Source: a virus. Taken from it: a stretch of DNA of 64,000 nucleotides. Below are positions 8,577 to 17,793 of the stretch, one piece after another. Below the pieces are notes generated by a model, which saw only the letters and a list, made by a program, of their open reading frames with translations, searched no databases and was not told where the DNA came from. Position numbers and translations under genes: made by a program. The stretch's first letter is position 1, and each line of letters begins with the position of its first letter. The stretch covers positions 1 through 64,000 of the IMG/VR virus record IMGVR_UViG_3300008107_005855, one strand, 5' to 3'.

Positions 8577-9552
8577 GGCCCACTACCCGGCCAATTTGCC
8601 CAAGTGCGTGTTGATAGATTGGATTGTATTGAATGTTAATTATAGGCTCAACAACATTGATATTTGATGCATAATCTCTTGCATGATATGGATTTTTCTT
8701 ATGCGGTATTTTGTCGTAATACGGATGTAGGTCTTCGTAACATGTAAATTTTACATTTGGGTTCACAAACATTTTTACAAATAATAGATAATCAACAAAA
8801 CTAATTAAAAAATTTAATGTCTCTGTCAGAGTGTTGGGGGTTATCGCTGCCGCCTCTAAATTTTTAATTAGAGTCTGATTTTCTGTTAGATTAAAATCTA
8901 AAGTCCGCATACGAAATCCCAATAGATCTGTCATATGGTGACTTAGTACCTGGCTTAAAAAACTTCTTCGAAGAATACTATATATTTCTTTTGACGCTGA
9001 CAGCGTTACCCAATTTTTGTTGTTAAACAAATCACTGTCGTGGTGGAAATATGGCTCAATACCAGTTACGCCTTTAAGTACATGAGAACCAGACCGTCCG
9101 GGAGTGAATATCACAGGCTCTTGATTTTTAGGAACTGTCAACTCATCAAATGCTATTTCGTCAAATTTGATAATTTCGTTGTATAACCAAAGACCATAGC
9201 AAATATTGCGCTTCCATTGTAGTTGATCGTACTGCGACCAGACTGGTTCTAAATTTTCTAAATCGTTTTCAAAACTAGTAAGAACTTTAACAACTTTGAC
9301 CTTTTGTTGAATTTGATAAAGATCCTGATATGATAAATTATCAGCCGGAGTTACATCAGTGACGTAGTTTGTATTCGAACAGAGAAAATATAATTTTTCT
9401 TCTAGAGTGGAGTAGACCAAATCGTCTATGTGCCAATCTGCTGTAATACATGGTAAAATTTTTAAGTTAAGTCTTTCTGCCACAGTAGACTTAACCCGAC
9501 TATTACCATTATGTATTAAAAATATATTATTCATCACCGTGATGCTCGCCAC
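8563..9552 (-). CDS. Putative sulfotransferase-fold protein (Stf0-like C-terminal half)
   Basis: IFTPGRSGSHVL (PAPS 5'-phosphosulfate loop-like), ILRRSFLSQVLS (3'-phosphate-binding-like) and CYEDL; exact start uncertain. Confidence 0.5.
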   Translation of the reverse strand: MASITVMNNIFLIHNGNSRVKSTVAERLNLKILPCITADWHIDDLVYSTLEEKLYFLCSNTNYVTDVTPADNLSYQDLYQIQQKVKVVKVLTSFENDLENLEPVWSQYDQLQWKRNICYGLWLYNEIIKFDEIAFDELTVPKNQEPVIFTPGRSGSHVLKGVTGIEPYFHHDSDLFNNKNWVTLSASKEIYSILRRSFLSQVLSHHMTDLLGFRMRTLDFNLTENQTLIKNLEAAAITPNTLTETLNFLISFVDYLLFVKMFVNPNVKFTCYEDLHPYYDKIPHKKNPYHARDYASNINVVEPIINIQYNPIYQHALGQIGRVVGLAIL

Positions 9553-10417
9553 CGCCCGAATAACCGGACATGCCTTGTCTGGTATAGCTAGGAGTTAGCC
9601 CATTCATTTCCATGATATCATCACGCAAGTTTTGATTGCGTTTTTCAATATTCAACACACGAGTAAAGCTGTTAGTGATAGCGGCAGTATAATACGCAAA
9701 AGGGTTCTGCGATTTTGACTCGTCAAATTGCAATCCGATTTGGCTGAGTTGTAGCAGGGCTTGGCTTCGCATTTCGTCATTGTAGGTGTATCCTCTCCAG
9801 TTTGATCTTGTGGCATAACGCTCGCACAGTTTCATAAACATGTGCGCTAGCTTTTTAGTCATTGTTCCGTGATCTTTGGAAAACTCTCCAGAGTCTAAAC
9901 TACCAAGCCAATGACTTTTTCCAACGCAAACCGGTGTTCCTTCGTCGTTTATTTTATAATGCTGAAAAGGAGGAAAATTGCACTTGTTGTACTTGGGATT
10001 GTTTTTTGCAATGTCTTCTTCGTCGTCGTATTCTGTAAACGTAGCATCTTCATCTTCTGCCTGAAGAGCTGCCTGCTTTGCCGCATACTTTTTAGTTTTG
10101 ACTTCGTCAATTGGGATATGTTCCCAAGACATTACTCTAAAAATAACATCTGTCTCTGGAATTTTAGTGTACTTAATTTCAAATTCTTCAAGTTTTCTTT
10201 TTTCGCCTTTGGCTACTGCTTCTTCTAATGCCAATTTAGCCAATCGCTCTGCACGATTTTTGCGACCCTGCAATATATTCTTTTTGTTAAGGCTTTTGAA
10301 ATCTGGAAGAATCATATCATAATCTGCATACTGTGCATCAGTGAAAGTGCAGTAAGTTGTTTTGCTTTTATGAATTTCTTTCAGAATATCTTTGTTGTTT
10401 AAGTAGTTGTGTTTCAT
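9527..10417 (-). CDS. gp55: Late-transcription sigma factor (T4 gp55-like)
   Basis: HNYLNNKDIL N-terminus; MFMKLCERYATRSNWRGYTYNDEM...FDESKSQNPFAYYTAAITNSFTRVLNIEK resembles gp55 region 2; adjacent to gp47/46 as in T4-like phages; SD GAGGA at 10423-10427. Confidence 0.85.
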   Translation of the reverse strand: MKHNYLNNKDILKEIHKSKTTYCTFTDAQYADYDMILPDFKSLNKKNILQGRKNRAERLAKLALEEAVAKGEKRKLEEFEIKYTKIPETDVIFRVMSWEHIPIDEVKTKKYAAKQAALQAEDEDATFTEYDDEEDIAKNNPKYNKCNFPPFQHYKINDEGTPVCVGKSHWLGSLDSGEFSKDHGTMTKKLAHMFMKLCERYATRSNWRGYTYNDEMRSQALLQLSQIGLQFDESKSQNPFAYYTAAITNSFTRVLNIEKRNQNLRDDIMEMNGLTPSYTRQGMSGYSGGGEHHGDE

Positions 10418-10442
10418 AATATTCCTCTAATAATACTACCAC

Positions 10443-10471
10443 ATTTTACGGGCAATAAATATAAAAAGCAA
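10443..10471 (-). promoter_or_regulatory. Sigma70-type promoter for the gp55-like gene
   Basis: TTGCTT-17nt-TAAAAT on the - strand upstream of the SD and ATG 10417. Confidence 0.55.
10455..10461 (+). promoter_or_regulatory. T4-type late promoter (ATAAATA) for the baseplate operon
   Basis: Matches the core of the T4 late consensus TATAAATA; recurs before several structural genes. Confidence 0.55.
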
Positions 10472-10541
10472 GAGATGGATGGAGTTATATTTAATATTTA
10501 TAGCACATTCACCCCAGATTGTTAATTTTTAGGGAACATAC

Positions 10542-11873
10542 ATGGCGACCCGCGAAGAACTTGAAGCAGAATTAGCTGAAATCGAAAGTAACCAAGAGAT
10601 ACTTCGAGCTCGGGCGGATCAGTCTGAACAGGCTTATAATGAAGCTGTATCCAGGCTGTCCACAGCTAGAGATACCTTGGACCAGTTTCCTGATGATCCA
10701 GAGGTCATGCAGGAAATTGAAGACGCTGCCGCAGAACTTGAAAGTGCTCAGGCAGAATTTGAATCTGACAAAGAAGCATTAGTTACAGCAGAATTTGATC
10801 GCGCAGACATTGATGGGCAACTGGCCGATTTAGAAGACGCCGGATCCGAAGAGCAGTTACAAGAAGATATCGACGGTCAGGAAGCCAGACAAGGATTGGC
10901 ATACGACGACGATGGCAATTTAATGCCCGGTTATGCAGTTAACGACGAAACTGGCGAAGCGTATTACATTGGCGACAAAGCAGACGATGCGGCCAATGGT
11001 GATTATAATTGGACTGCCGAAGGCGACTCTGGGCCCGACGTCACCAACGATGATCCCTGGGGCGACCTCGAAGGAGCACAGAAAAAATACGGCGGATACG
11101 ATCCCAGCGAGGCACGATTAGAAAATGCAGGATTACCGTTAAACGGAGAGTTTCGAGGATTTGATACCAAAACAAATGTGGGATTTTCTAGAGGTATAAA
11201 TGAACCTGCAGGAGACAACGAAGATTGGCGAGTAAAAATATCGTTGGCACCGGGTGCAGACTACTTCTACAACGACACTAACAATGCTGGAATTGTGGCA
11301 CCTTTGGCGGCAATGGGCGGACTGGTGTTTCCCTATTTGCCACAAGTTACCATGAGTTATGTGGCACGATACAGCGAGCAAAAATTAACACATAGCAACT
11401 ATGCTAGTTATTTTTATGACGGCAGCGAAGTGCAGGCTATACAACTGCAAGGCGAGTTTACAGTGCAAAATAGAAAAGAAGGCCAGTACTTGTTAGCGGC
11501 AATTTATTTTTTACGTGCCTGTACCAAAATGTGGTTTGGTAAAGATCAGCGAGCAGGAACACCGCCGCCGATGGTTTTCTTGGATGGATTTGGCACACAC
11601 TATTTCCCGCATGTGCCATGTGTAGTAACACAGTTTCAGCATACCCTTTCTCCTGACGTTGACTATCTTTATGTTCCTTACACAGAGTATGGAGTTAATG
11701 GTAAACCAGTCAGCATGTCAAATTCAACACTAGGCACAAGGGTTCCTACCAGTAGTACTATTTCTGTCACACTCCAACCTGTGTACAGCAGGTCCGCAAC
11801 CACAGGATTCAGTCTTGATGATTTTGCCGCTGGTAGATTATTACGCACTAATATGCGCGGAGGGTTCCTATAA
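10542..11873 (+). CDS. Baseplate tail-tube initiator-like protein with acidic coiled-coil N-terminus
   Basis: C-terminal LVFPYLPQV...HSNY...GTPPP...PCVV...DVDY...VPTSSTISVTLQP tube-like domain; directly precedes gp53 and the hub. Confidence 0.6.
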   Translation: MATREELEAELAEIESNQEILRARADQSEQAYNEAVSRLSTARDTLDQFPDDPEVMQEIEDAAAELESAQAEFESDKEALVTAEFDRADIDGQLADLEDAGSEEQLQEDIDGQEARQGLAYDDDGNLMPGYAVNDETGEAYYIGDKADDAANGDYNWTAEGDSGPDVTNDDPWGDLEGAQKKYGGYDPSEARLENAGLPLNGEFRGFDTKTNVGFSRGINEPAGDNEDWRVKISLAPGADYFYNDTNNAGIVAPLAAMGGLVFPYLPQVTMSYVARYSEQKLTHSNYASYFYDGSEVQAIQLQGEFTVQNRKEGQYLLAAIYFLRACTKMWFGKDQRAGTPPPMVFLDGFGTHYFPHVPCVVTQFQHTLSPDVDYLYVPYTEYGVNGKPVSMSNSTLGTRVPTSSTISVTLQPVYSRSATTGFSLDDFAAGRLLRTNMRGGFL

Positions 11874-12175
11874 TGGCAACTACATTTTCAAAAACAAGTC
11901 CTTACTATCAAACTGGAACTTATTCTCAGTTTCTTGATGTAATGGTAAATCGCAGTATCCCGGCATTGGTAACTGACATATCGTTTAAAATTACTAAATC
12001 ATATGAGTACAGACCCGACATGCTGGCCTATGACTTATACAAAGACGCTAGTCTTTGGTGGGTGTTTGCACAACGCAATCCAAATGTTATTAAAGATCCA
12101 GTGTTTGATTTTAAACCAGGCGTTACAATTAAAATTCCAAAAAAAGTAACCATTGACAAGGCGCTAGGACTATAA
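11873..12175 (+). CDS. gp53: Baseplate wedge LysM-type protein (T4 gp53-like)
   Basis: YEYRPDMLAYDLYKDASLWWVFAQRNPNVIKDP...IKIP motif. Confidence 0.8.
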   Translation: MATTFSKTSPYYQTGTYSQFLDVMVNRSIPALVTDISFKITKSYEYRPDMLAYDLYKDASLWWVFAQRNPNVIKDPVFDFKPGVTIKIPKKVTIDKALGL

Positions 12176-15096
12176 TGACAACTTTCGTCGAAAGCGAAAT
12201 TGCTAGACTAAAGCTAGACAATGCTGGACATCAGGAAGCCATTGAGCAAGCCCAGCAACAGCTCAACAACCCTGGTTTAACCGGGCTTAGACAAGCATCC
12301 TTGCGAAGTAGAATTACTACATTACAAAACAGTATTAGCCAAAACGATGCTCAGTTGGCAACATACGAAGCAAAGATCTCGGGTACTGCAACTGACGGCG
12401 CATTAGATACCAATGGTAATCCTGCGGCAGGTGCCGGAATTGATGACCCAACAATTGATCAAGCAGAAAATTCAAAACTTGAAATAGAAGTATCGGCGGT
12501 CAATGGAATTCAAGACCCGAATGCTGACCCTGAGGCTCTTGATGCTATACAACAAGAAGCCGAAGATGAACTAGCAGATGCTGAAACTAGTAAAAATACC
12601 CTGGCCGACGACGAAGAAACAAATTTAAACGAAGATCCAGCTGAACAACAAGAAAACGAAGATAACACAGATAACACAGGCGACCAGTATAAAGAAGAAA
12701 TAGACGAGCCTGCTGTGCGATCCTTTAAACCAGTTGAAGTATCGAAGCAAAAAGTTCCTGTATTTGAAACTACAGAAAATCCTTTGCTTTCGTATGCCAG
12801 TAGTACTTACAACATAAGACTTTCGGCATTAACACCAACGGACTACAATAATATTATCAAGGATCCAACAACTCCTATTAGGCCAAAGGTAGTTATAATC
12901 AGCGCCGGGCGACGAAGCAAGGATTTGCCTAGAAGCCAGCATTTCTACGAAGACTTTTATTTTGATTATTTAAAATTTAACACTATTGTGGGAATGAATG
13001 CCAGAACACGCGGCACAAACACAATTGATTTAAATTTTAAAATCTTAGAACCATATGGGTTTACTTTACACAATAGAATGATTAAATTAGCACAGGAGAC
13101 TGGCGCTAAAAGTCTATTAGAACAACCATATCTTTTAAGCATTGATTTTTTTGGTATTAACGATCGTGGAGAACCTAGCATGATTGAAAATCAAACAAAA
13201 CATATACCAATCAAAATCACCGGAATGAAAGCCAAAGTAAGTCAACGCGGCGGAGAATATGAATGCACAGCTATTCCATATAATCATGCGGCATTCCAGG
13301 AAACCAATGTGTCAACTCCGGTTAATTTAAACGTAACTGCTGGTACGGTGTTTGAATTTTTTGATCCAACCGAAGGAACAACCATTGTCAGTGAAAGTGA
13401 TCAAAGAGAGTCGGCTGTCAACGATGCCGAAAACGAGGAAGTGTACGATGCTAGAGATGCTCAGGCCAAAAAAGGTAGAGTTAACAATCTAAAACAAACG
13501 CAGGTAAAACAACCGTATTATGTAAGCAGTTATGCAGGGGCAATCAACGATTGGTTTGCTAATTTGAAGAAACGAGGAAATGCACAAACTACCACATCAA
13601 TTGATTTTGTCATTGATGAAAAAATCAAAGACAGCAAAATTGTATTTCCTAAAGTAAACAATCCTCGAAACACTCCTTTAAGTAATCCTGCAGACCCAAA
13701 ACAGGCCACAGCACTTGCTCGTACTGCCGCCGGGCAAAAAGGGGCCGGCAATGTTCCGTTCGACAAAGAAAACTTTCCAATTAATGCCGGTACCAGTGTA
13801 ATTGAAGTAATTAATGCAGTCATTAGAAATAGTGAATTTATTAGGAAACAGGTAATAGATCCCAGTGACGAAAAACTAGACCCGCAAAAATTAGCAGACA
13901 AACAGAATACCCCAATAGAGTGGTTTAAAGTAATACCGGTGATAAAATTAACTGAGTTTGATGCTAAATTAAACAAATGGGCTAAAAAAATCACGTACTA
14001 TATAAAAACTTATACAGTATACAATCAAAAAAATCCAAACGCACCCAAGTCACAGCCCAATGGGTGGTCTAAGAGATATGATTATATCTATACTGGACAA
14101 AATACAAAAATAATTGATTTTAGTTTAGATTTTGACATGTTGTTTTATACTGCACTCACAGCCGAGCGCGGCAAAATGGAAGCATTAAATTCTGCTCCTG
14201 AGGCAGATGAATCCAAGTTAGCAGGCACAATACCAACTACATCGCCAAATACCGGGCATCCGCAACCAATGCATTTTGTGTCGGGCGACCAGCAGGCCAG
14301 TGCAATTGGTAATGCCAACAGAGATAGCAGAACTATTGCGGCAACGGATTTAGTAAAAAGCATCTACAGTAGTGCTCGCGGTGATATGATCAATGCCAAA
14401 TTAAAAATAGTTGGCGACCCAGAATTAATTAAACAAGATGATATTTTCTTTAATCCTAGTAACCAAGGTTACGACGACGACGATTACCAATTTACTACAA
14501 ACTATAGCTTAAAATTTGATCGAGGTGAGTTATTTGCACTAATTACTTGGGTAACTCCAGTTGACTTAGACGACAGCGATGGCACCATTAGATTTTATGA
14601 CGATGACCCTATTACTAGCACGTTCAGCGGAGTGTATAAATTTATTACAGTTGAAAATGAATTTAGACAAGGTGTTTTTACACAAAGTTTGGATTTAATC
14701 AGACAACCAAACCAGCCAGAATTTGATGTTGTCGGACCTGCTAGAAAGAAAAAAGTTGATGTGGATGGAAAAGCCACACGAAGCATTGGCAAAGCAGGTA
14801 CACCATTGCCTGGTGCATTGCCAGGATTTGACCCAGACTTTGATCCTTGGGGCGACCTTGAAGATTCTCAAGAGGACATTGATGAAGAAAATGTCGACGA
14901 AGAAAGTGAATTTGAAGAAGATGAAGATAACGGTGACCTAGATGATACTGGCACCGATGATGAAGAAACAGGTGACGAAGAAGCAGCCGAGGACGAAGGC
15001 GATATAGAACTAGAAGAAGAATCAGAAGACTGGGAAGAAGTCGACATAAGCGATTGGGAAGAAGAAGAAAGTACAGATCCCGAAGGATCTATTTAA
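12175..15096 (+). CDS. Baseplate hub protein (gp27/VgrG-N-like) with acidic terminal extensions
   Basis: Position between gp53 and gp5; LKIVGDP...FSGVYKFITVENEFRQGVFTQSLDLIR hub-like C-terminal beta region. Confidence 0.6.
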   Translation: MTTFVESEIARLKLDNAGHQEAIEQAQQQLNNPGLTGLRQASLRSRITTLQNSISQNDAQLATYEAKISGTATDGALDTNGNPAAGAGIDDPTIDQAENSKLEIEVSAVNGIQDPNADPEALDAIQQEAEDELADAETSKNTLADDEETNLNEDPAEQQENEDNTDNTGDQYKEEIDEPAVRSFKPVEVSKQKVPVFETTENPLLSYASSTYNIRLSALTPTDYNNIIKDPTTPIRPKVVIISAGRRSKDLPRSQHFYEDFYFDYLKFNTIVGMNARTRGTNTIDLNFKILEPYGFTLHNRMIKLAQETGAKSLLEQPYLLSIDFFGINDRGEPSMIENQTKHIPIKITGMKAKVSQRGGEYECTAIPYNHAAFQETNVSTPVNLNVTAGTVFEFFDPTEGTTIVSESDQRESAVNDAENEEVYDARDAQAKKGRVNNLKQTQVKQPYYVSSYAGAINDWFANLKKRGNAQTTTSIDFVIDEKIKDSKIVFPKVNNPRNTPLSNPADPKQATALARTAAGQKGAGNVPFDKENFPINAGTSVIEVINAVIRNSEFIRKQVIDPSDEKLDPQKLADKQNTPIEWFKVIPVIKLTEFDAKLNKWAKKITYYIKTYTVYNQKNPNAPKSQPNGWSKRYDYIYTGQNTKIIDFSLDFDMLFYTALTAERGKMEALNSAPEADESKLAGTIPTTSPNTGHPQPMHFVSGDQQASAIGNANRDSRTIAATDLVKSIYSSARGDMINAKLKIVGDPELIKQDDIFFNPSNQGYDDDDYQFTTNYSLKFDRGELFALITWVTPVDLDDSDGTIRFYDDDPITSTFSGVYKFITVENEFRQGVFTQSLDLIRQPNQPEFDVVGPARKKKVDVDGKATRSIGKAGTPLPGALPGFDPDFDPWGDLEDSQEDIDEENVDEESEFEEDEDNGDLDDTGTDDEETGDEEAAEDEGDIELEEESEDWEEVDISDWEEEESTDPEGSI

Positions 15097-15111
15097 ATTT
15101 AAGAAATTAAT

Positions 15112-17358
15112 ATGAGCGACAGAATAAAATCAAAAAAAATACCAGATTGGGCCAATCGTGCAAATACATCTGCCGCCAGACTAGACCCGGGGCCATACAT
15201 TGGAATTGTAAAAAATAACTTTGACAACACAAGGTCTGGTAGATTACAGGTTTGGATTCCAGACCTAGGCGGTGACGAAAACAATCCTAGATTTTGGTAT
15301 GCAGTGAGTTATGTTAGCCCATACATGGGATTGACTTTTCAGCCTGATTCTAGCAAAAACAATAAATTTACACAAGTACAACATTCTTATGGAATGTGGG
15401 CAATGTCACCAGATATTGGCAACGAAGTTATAGTTACATTTGTAGGAGGCTACGCCGATAGAGGATATTGGTTTGGGGTTACCTCTAGTAATTTGAGCAG
15501 ATACATGATACCTGGCATTGGGTCAGGGCCTGATGTTGATAAAGAAAATGCATCAGACGATTTGAAAAAAACATTTACCGACGGGCAAGTATACCCATTG
15601 GCAGAATTCAATGAAAACGATCCCAACAAAGTTGTACCAAATTTTATTGACAATAAAAAACCCATCCACGAAGTACAATTTTTAAAACTTTTAAAACAAG
15701 GACTAGATAGAGATCCAGTTCGCGGTGCAGTTACTAGTAGCAGTCAAAGAGAAAGTCCTAGTCGTGTGTTTGGTATTAGCACACCCGGGCGACCACTTAA
15801 AGAACCCTCTCAAAGCGCAGACTTTGAGAAAAAGTTGCAAGACGGAAATATCAAAGAAGATGACATTGCAGTGCGTGGTCGCAAAGGTGGTCACACATTT
15901 ATAATGGACGACGGCGACTTCAATGATGTTAATAGAATACTCAGATTGCGTAGCAGTGACGGCCATCAAATATTAATGAATGATACCGAAGGCATTATGT
16001 ATATTGCCAACGAAGCTGGTAGCGTCTGGATAGAATTGGCACGTAATGGCGGCCTACACATTTATTCTGCAGGTGGAATTAATATTAGAACCCAAGGCGA
16101 CTTTAATGTCTACAGCGATAAAAATATTAATTTACATGCAAACAAATCAGTCAACTTGTACAGCAAAGATAAATTGTCAGCTGAAGCTCCTAATATAACA
16201 TTGAATGCTGTAGAAAATGCTACAATATATGCTGGTACCAAATTGGGACTTGGTTCGGCTGGAGCATTAAACATCAGCAACGATGGATCAGGTTCTTGGA
16301 CATCGGGCGGAACATTGAACTTGACTGGATCTCCTGTTAATTTAAACTCCGGCAGTGGAGAAACTGTCGAAAAGCCAGCGGCAATGACATTGTATGAATC
16401 CCCAGATGCAAATTATGACAGCGGCACAAAACTTTGGAAAAATGAAGGCCCAAAGATTAGTGCAATAATGGCAATTGTGCCAACACATGAGCCATGGGAC
16501 AGAAAAATAGGCAAGCCCAAAGGAACACCAATACAAAAATATAATGCCGCACAAGATAGCCAAGCGGCAAGCCAAGCGGCAGACACACCAGTTAACAAAG
16601 GTGAGGCTCCAGAATCTACTGCCAAAGTTGAGGACTGTTCTCCACTGACACAACCAGTGACGTCGGGTAGCGGAGCACCTGTGACTACCGGGTCGGGTAG
16701 CTATCTTACAAGTAGTCGTTATCTAGATGCCGGACTAGAAGCCGCACGAGGTAAACCAGTTAGCAACCCATGTCCTAAGAATTGGTTAGATACTGCATTT
16801 GCACCAAATCCTCCTGGCGGTGTAGGCCCATTGGATCAAACTCAAGTCAAGTCTTTGATGGCACAAATAGCGTTTAACGAAAGCCGCTGGCAATATGCAA
16901 TTAAAAATCAACTTAATTACATTGGACGTTACCAATTTGGTGCCGCGGCCTGCACCGACGCTGGCTACATCAAGTTAGATTTTTTCAAACAATATGGAAA
17001 TAGAGCCTTCAATTATCCAGATGCCTGGACAGGAAAAAACGGGTGTACCAGTATAGAGTCATGGTTTAATTCCAAAGGTGTGCAAGAAACAGAAATGTAT
17101 AAATTGTTACTGTCAAATTACAAAACATTGGTTAGAATCGGCGGCATAAAAGGCGGCGATACAGCCTGTGAAGTTGGCGGAATGTTGCAAGTAGCACACC
17201 TATTAGGTGCTGGCGGTGCTAAAAGTTGGCGCAATAGTGCTAGCGGAGCAGATGCCAATGGTACAACAGGTGAAATGTATTTCAATAGGGGAAGGTATGC
17301 AATTGAAGTTTTAGCCAAAGGTGGCGGCACTACTTCTGCACCTCCTACTATAGCATAA
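15112..17358 (+). CDS. gp5: Baseplate central spike (gp5-like) with C-terminal lysozyme-like domain
   Basis: OB fold (GIVKNNFDNTRSGRLQVWIP...PDIGNEVIVTF), GHTFIMDD beta-helix region, then ES...YIGRYQFG...AHLLGAGG...DANGT muramidase-like domain. Confidence 0.8.
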   Translation: MSDRIKSKKIPDWANRANTSAARLDPGPYIGIVKNNFDNTRSGRLQVWIPDLGGDENNPRFWYAVSYVSPYMGLTFQPDSSKNNKFTQVQHSYGMWAMSPDIGNEVIVTFVGGYADRGYWFGVTSSNLSRYMIPGIGSGPDVDKENASDDLKKTFTDGQVYPLAEFNENDPNKVVPNFIDNKKPIHEVQFLKLLKQGLDRDPVRGAVTSSSQRESPSRVFGISTPGRPLKEPSQSADFEKKLQDGNIKEDDIAVRGRKGGHTFIMDDGDFNDVNRILRLRSSDGHQILMNDTEGIMYIANEAGSVWIELARNGGLHIYSAGGINIRTQGDFNVYSDKNINLHANKSVNLYSKDKLSAEAPNITLNAVENATIYAGTKLGLGSAGALNISNDGSGSWTSGGTLNLTGSPVNLNSGSGETVEKPAAMTLYESPDANYDSGTKLWKNEGPKISAIMAIVPTHEPWDRKIGKPKGTPIQKYNAAQDSQAASQAADTPVNKGEAPESTAKVEDCSPLTQPVTSGSGAPVTTGSGSYLTSSRYLDAGLEAARGKPVSNPCPKNWLDTAFAPNPPGGVGPLDQTQVKSLMAQIAFNESRWQYAIKNQLNYIGRYQFGAAACTDAGYIKLDFFKQYGNRAFNYPDAWTGKNGCTSIESWFNSKGVQETEMYKLLLSNYKTLVRIGGIKGGDTACEVGGMLQVAHLLGAGGAKSWRNSASGADANGTTGEMYFNRGRYAIEVLAKGGGTTSAPPTIA

Positions 17359-17361
17359 ATA
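17355..17361 (+). promoter_or_regulatory. Late promoter motif ATAAATA before gp25
   Basis: 8 nt upstream of ATG 17370; no SD, so the transcript is probably leaderless. Confidence 0.5.
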
Positions 17362-17369
17362 TTTAAACT

Positions 17370-17744
17370 ATGCCCATCTACAAAGGTTTCAGTACATACA
17401 ATAGATTAAAAAAGTTCCGTATTGTTGACAACGAGTTAATTAAACAGAATATTTTTAATCATTTCCATATTCGCAAAGGCGAGAAGCTCATGCGACCGGA
17501 CTTTGGCACTATCATTTGGAGCACATTGTTTGATCCATTGACAGCAGACACCAAGGCAGCAATAATTGACGATATTACAAACATTGTTAACAGCGACCCT
17601 AGGGTGGCAGTTAAAAATGTTTTAGTAAGTCAATTTGATCACGGACTTCAGGTGGAAATCGAGTTACGCTACGTAACAACCAATCAAGTCGAAAGTATGA
17701 AATTGCAGTTTGATCGCGAAAGTAATAGAATCGCTGTGGTTTAA
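17370..17744 (+). CDS. gp25: Baseplate wedge subunit (T4 gp25-like)
   Basis: IRKGEKLMRPDFGTIIWSTLFDP...DPRV motif. Confidence 0.9.
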   Translation: MPIYKGFSTYNRLKKFRIVDNELIKQNIFNHFHIRKGEKLMRPDFGTIIWSTLFDPLTADTKAAIIDDITNIVNSDPRVAVKNVLVSQFDHGLQVEIELRYVTTNQVESMKLQFDRESNRIAVV

Positions 17745-17762
17745 AACTGAGCCGTTTTTTAC

Positions 17763-17773
17763 CTAAATAAATA
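17763..17773 (+). promoter_or_regulatory. Late promoter motif(s) CTAAATA/ATAAATA before gp6
   Basis: Intergenic; followed by AGGT SD-like element and ATG 17794. Confidence 0.5.
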
Positions 17774-17793
17774 TAAGATATAGGTAAAAATCC

